A stretch of 54,816 bases of DNA, from assembly GCA_028715395.1 (NCBI GenBank), contig JAQURY010000001.1, forward strand, positions 1-54,816, written 5' to 3'. This DNA is from Minisyncoccota bacterium (GTDB lineage Bacteria > Patescibacteriota > Minisyncoccia > UBA6257 > 02-FULL-45-10c). A program made the translations under genes and the position numbers. The notes under the pieces were generated by a model that made no database searches, was not told the origin of the DNA, and worked only from the letters and a program-made list of their open reading frames with translations. Of this stretch, positions 17,633-23,776 are shown in pieces (the stretch's first letter is position 1; each line of letters begins with the position of its first letter).

Positions 17633-18328
17633 ATGGAGGAACAGGGAGCAAAGGCAGCGAAGAAAACGAACGTCTGGATTTTCGTTGGCGTGGCTGTCGC
17701 CATTTTGGCAATAGCTGCGTTTGTCGCGATGAAATATATCGCGCCGAAAACACCGGCGGTGAAGCAAGAGACAGTTGCGATCAGTTCCGCTCCGGCAAGC
17801 GTAGCCGTAGCCAAATCAACGGCGCCGGCTGTATCGGCTAAGGTGAAGCCGCAGCCGAAAAAGAAAGCCGCGCCGCAGGAAGCCGTGGCAGCGAAGCCGG
17901 AGGTAAAGCCAAAAGCCGAACCGAAAGCCGAACCGCCCAAGGAAACTGCAAAAGCTCCGGCCAAGCCCGAGAACATGATTTTTGAAAAAATGAACGATCA
18001 GGTTGCCAGAGCCAAGAGCAAACTGACTGCGGAAGAAATTCAGCGCTGGTTATGCTGGATGTTCAAAATTCCCGACAGCCAGAAAGACGCCAAGGTTTCG
18101 CTCGGATGGATAAGAGAACAAAACGGAATCTGGGGCGCGAAGCTTATGTATGACGAATCCGGCATGGCGGCGAAATTCCCGCAAAAGCAGAAGGCCAAAG
18201 ATTTTTTGATTGAATATAACACGGCTTTCAGCGAAAAGCAGGACGAAGATTTCGACAAATTCGTCGAAACAGTGCCCGGAAAAGCTGCGGGAGACGTGTC
18301 CATGGTAGCGGCAATGGAGAAAAAATAG
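17633..18328 (+). CDS. hypothetical membrane-anchored protein with Pro/Ala/Lys-rich linker, GC-rich cassette B
   Basis: AGGAGA SD 6-7 nt upstream of the ATG. N-terminal TM WIFVGVAVAILAIAAFVAM. Low-complexity PAK-rich stretch followed by a ~110-aa C-terminal domain. No family recognised. Confidence 0.5.
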   Translation: MEEQGAKAAKKTNVWIFVGVAVAILAIAAFVAMKYIAPKTPAVKQETVAISSAPASVAVAKSTAPAVSAKVKPQPKKKAAPQEAVAAKPEVKPKAEPKAEPPKETAKAPAKPENMIFEKMNDQVARAKSKLTAEEIQRWLCWMFKIPDSQKDAKVSLGWIREQNGIWGAKLMYDESGMAAKFPQKQKAKDFLIEYNTAFSEKQDEDFDKFVETVPGKAAGDVSMVAAMEKK

Positions 18329-18351
18329 GAGTTCTCCGATAAAGAAAATAA

Positions 18352-18388
18352 AATCGCCTAAAACAGAATATGTTCTAGGCGATTTTTT
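18352..18388. terminator. bidirectional terminator between convergent 17633-18328 and htrA
   Basis: 9-bp stem aatcgccta / taggcgatt with a 15-nt loop, followed by a T-run. It overlaps the htrA stop codon. Confidence 0.6.
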
Positions 18389-19436
18389 ATTTCTTTTCGG
18401 CCAATACCACTTTTATTTCCAGCTGTTTTTTGCCTCGGAGGACTTTTAAGCTTAAAATGTCTCCCGGCGCCATGTTCTCCAGGAAATCCTGGATTGTTTT
18501 CTGGGGAGTCAGGCATTCTCCGTTGCATTCGGTAATAACATCTCCTTCTTTGATGCCGAATTTTTCCGCCGGAGTGTTCGGGACGACTCCTTGGACTTTC
18601 GGATCTTTGGCTCCGGCAACCAGCGCGCCGTGGTCAACGGGTAATTTCATTTTTTCCTGGAAGTTTTTATCTATGTTTATGTAAAGCAATCCAAGTAGTG
18701 GCCGTTTTACCTTGCCGTATTTTTTAACATCATCCAAATCCCGCTTGGCGGAATTTATTGGAATCGCAAAACCTATATTTTGCGCTCCGAAAACCACTGC
18801 CGCATTGATAGCAACAACTTTTCCATTCTCATCTATCAGCGGCCCGCCGGAGTTTCCCGGATTGATTGCCGCGTCGGTCTGAATTAATCCGCGGAGTTCT
18901 TGAATCGGGGAGTTCATATCTGCTTGAGCCGCGACCGCCCGCGATAAACCGGAAACGATTCCGCGCGAAACTGTATTTTGAAAAATTCCCAGCGCGTTCC
19001 CGATAGCATAAACAGTTTGTCCTAAATCCAAATGAGATGAGTCTCCCAGATTTATTGTGGGAAGTCCATTTGCCTGTATTTTTAAAATAGCCACATCATT
19101 TATCGGATCAAGGGCCGTTACCTCGGCTTTATATTTTTTCCCGTCGGCTGTAACCACGGCATACTCCGATTTTTTGTCCGCAATAACGTGTTTGTTGGTA
19201 AGGATAAGTCCGTTGGAATCAACAATAAAACCCGAGCCGCCTCCAACTTGAATCATGCCGTGGATATCGGCGTGCTGTTTAAGATTCTTTTTTAATTCGG
19301 GCAAGCCAAACGGCAAAAGCGGAATCATTTCCGCCGGTATTTCTTTTTCCACATTTTCCAGGCTTTTTGATATGACAATTGCGACTATTGCCGGAAGAAC
19401 GCCTTTAATTGTTTCGGTAACATTTTTTTCCATCAT
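18387..19436 (-). CDS. htrA: HtrA/DegP family serine protease with PDZ domain
   Basis: Trypsin-like triad context (LTNKHV, DVAILKI, GNSGGPL) plus a C-terminal PDZ-like region. Confidence 0.9.
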   Translation of the reverse strand: MMEKNVTETIKGVLPAIVAIVISKSLENVEKEIPAEMIPLLPFGLPELKKNLKQHADIHGMIQVGGGSGFIVDSNGLILTNKHVIADKKSEYAVVTADGKKYKAEVTALDPINDVAILKIQANGLPTINLGDSSHLDLGQTVYAIGNALGIFQNTVSRGIVSGLSRAVAAQADMNSPIQELRGLIQTDAAINPGNSGGPLIDENGKVVAINAAVVFGAQNIGFAIPINSAKRDLDDVKKYGKVKRPLLGLLYINIDKNFQEKMKLPVDHGALVAGAKDPKVQGVVPNTPAEKFGIKEGDVITECNGECLTPQKTIQDFLENMAPGDILSLKVLRGKKQLEIKVVLAEKK

Positions 19437-19527
19437 GTGATTATTTTAACACTTGCGATTAGAAAGTGATATGCACAATTTTAAATTGGCGGACTTGTCC
19501 GCCGTAGGTCGCCTTTGCGACCGGAGG

Positions 19528-19614
19528 CGGAAGGTGGAGGATTCGAACCTCCGAGAGGCTTTCGCCCCAACCGCATTTCGAGTGCGGCGCACTAGACCAC
19601 TATGCGAACCTTCC
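19528..19614 (-). tRNA. tRNA-Ser (CGA)
   Basis: Hand-folded cloverleaf. Acceptor ggaaggt/accttcc, 3-bp D stem, anticodon arm ccgca-CTCGAAA-tgcgg, 18-nt variable arm, T arm ggagg-ttcgaat-cctcc. CCA not encoded. Confidence 0.9.
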
Positions 19615-19653
19615 TAATATATTCATTATATAATACATATCTTTTCTAAAAAC

Positions 19654-19680
19654 AAAAATGTCCGCTTGCGCGGGCACTTT
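19654..19680. terminator. hairpin terminator downstream of the DUF5679-like gene
   Basis: Stem tgtccgc / gcgggca with loop ttgc, flanked by an A-run and a T-run. Confidence 0.5.
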
Positions 19681-19758
19681 TGATGGCTTCCTCACAAAGC
19701 CTTTTTTCTATCTATCCTATTTAGAATGATAGCAAGATGAAAATTTCTGTCCAGCGGC

Positions 19759-19917
19759 TTATTTCGCTCCCATGATTCTGAACATCTTTGTTCCGCAATT
19801 CGGGCAAATGCCGGTCATCGCTCTCCTTTCTTTTCCTCCTTTTCCTTGCATTGAGACCTCTTTGGCGTCTTTCATTTCTCTTTTCGCCTTACATTTTACG
19901 CAATATGCTTCTGTCAT
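19759..19917 (-). CDS. small zinc-ribbon protein, DUF5679-like (52 aa; not in the ORF track)
   Basis: Hand translation: MTEAYCVKCKAKREMKDAKEVSMQGKGGKERRAMTGICPNCGTKMFRIMGAK. The CxxC...CxxC layout and length match my memory of the DUF5679 family. Confidence 0.6.
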   Translation of the reverse strand: MTEAYCVKCKAKREMKDAKEVSMQGKGGKERRAMTGICPNCGTKMFRIMGAK

Positions 19918-20089
19918 AGTTATTTAAATAGGTTTTTTGTGGTCGCGACCTTTCTAAGAAGACGACCCACCCTTATTTTTACTTAAAATAAGTATACCAC
20001 CCCTTAAAATAAGGGGCAACCGCCTTAAAATCCTTAAAAAGTTTGCTCTTTCGCCATAATAATATAGTATTTTATATGTAATTAGGCTC

Positions 20090-20161
20090 GCCCCTGTAGT
20101 TCAATGGATAGAACAGATCCGTCCTAAGGATAAGATGGGAGTTCGATTCTTCCCGGGGGCA
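20090..20161 (+). tRNA. tRNA-Arg (CCT)
   Basis: Acceptor gcccctg/cgggggc, D arm gttc-aatggata-gaac, anticodon loop gTCCTaa, T arm gggag-ttcgatt-cttcc. The D arm resembles E. coli tRNA-Arg(CCU). Confidence 0.85.
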
Positions 20162-20208
20162 CAAAATTGAAAAAATATTCAATTTGATTATTATATTAAG
20201 AGTTGGTT

Positions 20209-20279
20209 GGGCCTATAGTATAGCGGTAGAACGCCTCCATGGCATGGAGGAGGTAGGAGTTCGACTCTCCTTAGGTCCA
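20209..20279 (+). tRNA. tRNA-Ala (GGC)
   Basis: Acceptor gggccta/taggtcc with the G3:U70 identity pair. Anticodon arm cctcc-atGGCat-ggagg. T arm aggag-ttcgact-ctcct. One D-stem mismatch. Confidence 0.8.
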
Positions 20280-20292
20280 CAGAGAAATTAAA

Positions 20293-20313
20293 AACGCCAA
20301 GAGGCGTTATTTT
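20293..20313 (+). terminator. terminator after the tRNA-Arg / tRNA-Ala pair
   Basis: aacgcc aaga ggcgtt followed by atttt. Confidence 0.6.
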
Positions 20314-20317
20314 GTCC

Positions 20318-20346
20318 TTGACTTTTTGCTTAAAATATGCTATATT
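20318..20346 (+). promoter_or_regulatory. sigma70-like promoter for cassette C gene
   Basis: TTGACT (20318-20323), 17-nt spacer, TATATT (20341-20346). Confidence 0.55.
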
Positions 20347-20352
20347 TTTTCC

Positions 20353-20374
20353 AACGCTGAAAAAGCGTTTTTTA
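20353..20374 (+). promoter_or_regulatory. terminator-like hairpin in the 5' leader of the cassette C gene (possible attenuator)
   Basis: aacgct gaaaa agcgtt followed by ttttt. It sits immediately downstream of the predicted transcription start and about 60 nt before the ATG. Confidence 0.4.
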
Positions 20375-20434
20375 GTTAAAGATCCTTTACATATAGAGGT
20401 GGAATAGGGCGTCTTACTTAAATGGAGGGTGAGA

Positions 20435-21592
20435 ATGGAAACAAAGTACAGCGAGATCGTGATTCCGAAAGAACCGAGTTTGCTGGTGGTTGTCATCGTA
20501 TGGCTTCTGAGCAGATTCGGGGAAAATAAATTTCCTGGAATCAAGAAGGCCAGGGTTCTGTCCTGCGAGAACATGAGCAAGAACGTTTCTCTCCAGGAAT
20601 ACGAACTGAGAGGCACGGTGTTCGCCGGCTTTGCGGGAGGATGTCTCGAAAAATTCTCCTTCAACATGGCCGCAAACATATGGCGCGTGTGCGCTGCGTG
20701 TTTCTTGCGGGAGCTGGAAGTCGTCAACTCCGTTTTGAGCGAAATGCTCAGGTTTGTTTTAAAAGAACCCAACGGATCGGCGACCCTTCTCACCTTCAGC
20801 GGCGAACTGGAAAGCCAGCTGAAGAAAAATCCTGATCACCCCGAAAAGGCGGTCGAATGGATGATGGCCGTGCTGGACGCGAGGTATCAGTCAGAGCTGG
20901 ATGTCATCGAAGAAAAGAGGCAGAAGGCCCTGGAGAAGATGAAGGCGAAGGAGCTGGCGGAACTGGAGAAAAAGAAGGCGGAAGCAAGAAGGAGGCTCGC
21001 GAAAGGAGAGTTCAAAACCATCAACGGTGCCAAAGGAAAAAAGCTGACGATGCTCAGCATTTATTCCAATGGCGATCTCTCCGGCGACGACGTTTGCAAA
21101 TATGCCCTTATCTTGGGCATAGACGTGGTCGTTATGGCGAAGCGTTCGGGATATCCCGAGATTTACCTGAGCGAAAGCTCTGGTATGAAGCTGTGGGATA
21201 CCGCGCGGGTACTCCGGTACTTCGAGCGGAAATCCAAGCCCATCGCGGACCCGAAAGAGCTTGCGGCCACAGGAGTGGTTGCGGAATGGTTCTTGCATGA
21301 ATCCGGGCTGATACTGCTGAACAGAGGGAACAGAACCAGCAGTTCTTTCGAACGGATAAAGAACCTCGTCGAGACGGTCCTGGATCAGGACTCTTTCGAT
21401 CCGCAGTGCGCCGAGGAATGCAAAAAGGGAAATTGCGCGGCGAAAAACAGAAAACACTGCGCGATGTTTCCCTGGGGGCTCTGGCGCTGCCGCTACATGA
21501 GATGGGCGATGTGCCACAGAGCTGAGGCCAAGCAGAACCAGGACCAAAAGGAAGCTCGGGAGGAGCTTCAGAAAGAAACGGTTTTGGCTTAA
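20435..21592 (+). CDS. hypothetical protein, GC-rich cassette C (385 aa; central coiled coil, C-terminal Cys/Trp/Arg-rich tail)
   Basis: GGAGGG SD 6 nt before ATG 20435 (track start is GTG 20429). Charged heptad-like stretch EEKRQKALEKMKAKELAELEKKKAEARRRL. C-terminus CAEECKKGNCAAKNRKHCAMFPWGLWRCRYMRWAMCH. No family recognised. Confidence 0.55.
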   Translation: METKYSEIVIPKEPSLLVVVIVWLLSRFGENKFPGIKKARVLSCENMSKNVSLQEYELRGTVFAGFAGGCLEKFSFNMAANIWRVCAACFLRELEVVNSVLSEMLRFVLKEPNGSATLLTFSGELESQLKKNPDHPEKAVEWMMAVLDARYQSELDVIEEKRQKALEKMKAKELAELEKKKAEARRRLAKGEFKTINGAKGKKLTMLSIYSNGDLSGDDVCKYALILGIDVVVMAKRSGYPEIYLSESSGMKLWDTARVLRYFERKSKPIADPKELAATGVVAEWFLHESGLILLNRGNRTSSSFERIKNLVETVLDQDSFDPQCAEECKKGNCAAKNRKHCAMFPWGLWRCRYMRWAMCHRAEAKQNQDQKEAREELQKETVLA

Positions 21593-21673
21593 TAGCAAAA
21601 ATCCAAAAAGGAGAATCTGCCTATGTCCAACAATGGCTCTATAAAAAAATAGGGTTCGAGCCAACCCTAACGA

Positions 21674-21727
21674 CCCCCATTGGAATGTCGGCCACAAGCT
21701 GACAATCCAATGGGGGGTTTCTTTTTA
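21674..21727 (+). terminator. compound hairpin terminator after the cassette C gene
   Basis: 11-bp outer stem cccccattgga / tccaatggggg, inner stem gtcggc / gctgac, then gtttcttttt. Confidence 0.7.
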
Positions 21728-21738
21728 CGGTAATTTGC
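21719..21738 (+). repeat. direct repeat, left copy (ttctttttacggtaatttgc)
   Basis: Matches 21870-21887 (ttcttttcggtaatttgc) apart from a 2-nt indel. The two copies bracket tRNA-Ser(TGA). Confidence 0.6.
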
Positions 21739-21774
21739 CGAAGAAAAATAATCCTGTTAAGATTTTTAAATAAT

Positions 21775-21864
21775 GGTGGGGTGTGTGAGTGGTTTAAACA
21801 GACAGTCTTGAAAACTGTTATGCCTGAAAGGGCATCGTGAGTTCGAATCTCACCCCCACCGCCA
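21775..21864 (+). tRNA. tRNA-Ser (TGA), CCA encoded
   Basis: Acceptor ggtgggg/ccccacc, anticodon arm acagt-cTTGAaa-actgt, 18-nt variable arm, T arm gtgag-ttcgaat-ctcac, 3' gCCA. Confidence 0.9.
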
Positions 21865-21869
21865 TTTTG

Positions 21870-21887
21870 TTCTTTTCGGTAATTTGC
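21870..21887 (+). repeat. direct repeat, right copy (ttcttttcggtaatttgc)
   Basis: See 21719-21738. It runs directly into an extended -10 element tgcTATAAT at 21885-21893. Confidence 0.6.
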
Positions 21888-21925
21888 TATAATAATTTAG
21901 AGGTTAAAAAATTAAAGATAAAAAT

Positions 21926-22219
21926 ATGAGCGAAGCAATTAAAACAAACGAAAAAAATTTGGTCGCATTATTCAGTTATTTGGGACTTTTAATTTTAATT
22001 CCTTTATTTGCCGTTAAGCATGACAGGTTTGTCCATTTTCATTTAAGACAGGGGTTGGTTTTGTTGGTTATAGGAGTATGTGCGGCAGTGCCTGTCGTAG
22101 GACCAGCATTTGCTTTGGCTTACATGATTTTTATGATTATTGGAATACTCAATGTTTTGAAAGGTGAAGAAAAACATTTGCCGCTTATTGGTCAATATGC
22201 GGAAAAATTTAAAATATAA
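21926..22219 (+). CDS. small membrane protein, DUF4870-like
   Basis: 97 aa with predicted TM helices. The FVHFHLRQGLVLLVIG motif resembles the DUF4870 family. Confidence 0.55.
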   Translation: MSEAIKTNEKNLVALFSYLGLLILIPLFAVKHDRFVHFHLRQGLVLLVIGVCAAVPVVGPAFALAYMIFMIIGILNVLKGEEKHLPLIGQYAEKFKI

Positions 22220-22223
22220 AATA

Positions 22224-22787
22224 ATGAGCAAAACTATAAAAATAATAATTATTGCAGTTGTAATTATCGGCGCTATCATTTTGTACGCGACATCCGTTTA
22301 TAACAAATTAGTCACTATGAGCACATCGGTTGACGCTCAGTGGGCGCAAGTGGAAACGCAATATCAGCGGAGAGTTGATTTAATACCGAATCTTGTAGAG
22401 TCGGTCAAAGGAGTCATGAAACAGGAGACAACAGTATTTCTTGGTATTGCCGAGGCCAGAAAAAGCTATGCGGGAGCCACTTCTGTTGAAGAAAAAGTAA
22501 AAGCCGGCAATCAGGTTGAAAGCGCTCTGGGCAAACTTTTGGTTATAATGGAAAATTATCCTCAACTTAATTCTTCTCAGTCGGTTCAGACCTTAATGGC
22601 CCAGCTTGAGGGAGCGGAAAACAGAATTAGTGTTGAGAGAACGCGATATAATGATGCTGTTAAAACATTTAATTTGACGATAAAGAAATTACCGGTAAAT
22701 ATATTTGCCGGAATGTTTGGATTTATTCAAAGAGATTATTTTGAGGCCGCTCCCGGAGCCGAGAACGCGCCTTCCGTAAGTTTTTAA
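22224..22787 (+). CDS. lemA: LemA family protein
   Basis: Start moved to MSKTIKIIIIAVVIIGAIILY (TM). Contains YNKLV...VDAQWAQVETQYQRRVDLIPNLV and RYNDAVKTFN, typical of LemA. Confidence 0.85.
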   Translation: MSKTIKIIIIAVVIIGAIILYATSVYNKLVTMSTSVDAQWAQVETQYQRRVDLIPNLVESVKGVMKQETTVFLGIAEARKSYAGATSVEEKVKAGNQVESALGKLLVIMENYPQLNSSQSVQTLMAQLEGAENRISVERTRYNDAVKTFNLTIKKLPVNIFAGMFGFIQRDYFEAAPGAENAPSVSF

Positions 22788-22795
22788 CATTTCCA

Positions 22796-23662
22796 ATGAA
22801 TTTTTCCGTTAAAAAGTGGATTATTACCGCGGTTATTTTATTGCCGGTTATTTCTTTCGCCTATGTTAATCCGGGCGTGCCGACCGGTTTTGTTAACGAT
22901 TTTACCGGAACTTTGACTGCAGATCAGAAACAGCAGCTGGAAACGAAAATATCGGCATTTGAAAAATCTTCAAGCAATGAAATATCCATTGCGATTATTC
23001 CCGATTTGGGCGGAGACACGATTGAAAATTTCGCGGTAAAACTTTTTGAAGACTGGAAAATAGGAAAAGAAAAAAATGATAATGGAGTTCTGGTTTTAGT
23101 GGCCATGAAAGACAGGGAAATGAGAATCGAGGTGGGTTACGGCTTGGAAGGAGCGCTTACGGACGCGCAGAGTTATTGGATTATTAATAATGAAATGACA
23201 CCGAATTTCAAAGCGGGAAATTATTATGCGGGAATAAACAGCGCGGTTGATAAAATAATCGCGGCTACGCAGGGGGAATATATTCCGTCCGAAAGCAAAA
23301 AAAGCGGCAATATAAATTTCCCCGGAATTTTATTTTGGGGCGCCATTACTTTTACTTTTTTGGCCAGGATATTGGGCGTTTCCAAGTCGTGGTGGGAGGG
23401 CGGCGCGCTTGGCGCGGTCGCGGGACTGATAGTCGGATTTATAAACGGATTTACAATTGTCGGAATTATTTGGTTTATATTTTTGGTTATATTCGGATTT
23501 TTATTTGATTTCTTCGTTTCCAAAAGTTACACAAAAGGAAAAACTACCGGAGTAATGCCGTGGTGGTGGCACAGCGGAGGGCATGGTGGTCATGGCGGAG
23601 GAGGGTTCGGCGGTTTTGGCGGAGGCGGTTCCGGCGGCGGCGGCGCCAGCGGAAGATGGTAA
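22796..23662 (+). CDS. TPM domain protein (YgcG-like) with TM segments and Gly-rich tail
   Basis: VNDFTGTLTADQKQQLE...EISIAIIPDLGG...GVLVLVAMKDREMRIEVGYGLEG matches the TPM_phosphatase pattern. The usual LemA neighbour is present. Confidence 0.8.
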   Translation: MNFSVKKWIITAVILLPVISFAYVNPGVPTGFVNDFTGTLTADQKQQLETKISAFEKSSSNEISIAIIPDLGGDTIENFAVKLFEDWKIGKEKNDNGVLVLVAMKDREMRIEVGYGLEGALTDAQSYWIINNEMTPNFKAGNYYAGINSAVDKIIAATQGEYIPSESKKSGNINFPGILFWGAITFTFLARILGVSKSWWEGGALGAVAGLIVGFINGFTIVGIIWFIFLVIFGFLFDFFVSKSYTKGKTTGVMPWWWHSGGHGGHGGGGFGGFGGGGSGGGGASGRW

Positions 23663-23709
23663 AACTTTGTATAGTATATGCTAATATTAGCATATACTAT
23701 ACAAAGTTT
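23662..23709. repeat. perfect 48-bp palindrome (24+24, no spacer)
   Basis: aaactttgtatagtatatgctaat | attagcatatactatacaaagttt, verified base by base. It starts at the last base of the TPM gene stop codon. Confidence 0.9.
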
Positions 23710-23712
23710 AGG

Positions 23713-23740
23713 AGCCGTTTTGTTATGCAAAACGGCTTTT
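23713..23740 (+). terminator. intrinsic terminator after the TPM gene
   Basis: 10-bp stem agccgttttg / caaaacggct with a 5-nt loop, then tttt. Confidence 0.7.
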
Positions 23741-23776
23741 GAATTTACGGGGAAATGTATCTATTATAAAGAAAGA

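Noticed and set aside
17021-17976. Antisense ORFs 17021-17311 (+) and 17599-17976 (-) inside cassette B genes
   Set aside because: Their products are low-complexity Ala/Gly-rich translations without start signals. They mirror the real frames of GC-rich genes.
20191-20793. 200-aa minus-strand ORF spanning tRNA-Ala, its terminator and the cassette C promoter
   Set aside because: It runs through a tRNA gene and regulatory hairpins. No start context is present, and the frame is an artefact.
21623-21652. 9-codon mini-ORF MSNNGSIKK with an upstream GGAGA
   Set aside because: It is too short to call as a gene from sequence alone. It is mentioned under cassette C as a possible regulatory peptide but not annotated as a CDS.
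21650-21667. gggttcgagcc segment resembling a tRNA T-arm downstream of the cassette C gene (possible tRNA fragment or att remnant)
   Set aside because: It folds as a 6-bp stem with a 6-nt loop rather than a 5-bp/7-nt T-arm. No acceptor or anticodon arms can be built around it.
20857-21697. 268-aa minus-strand and 147-aa alternate-frame ORFs within the cassette C gene
   Set aside because: The 268-aa ORF starts inside the downstream terminator loop and neither has an RBS. Their Arg/Gly/Pro-rich translations are typical of out-of-frame reading of GC-rich DNA.
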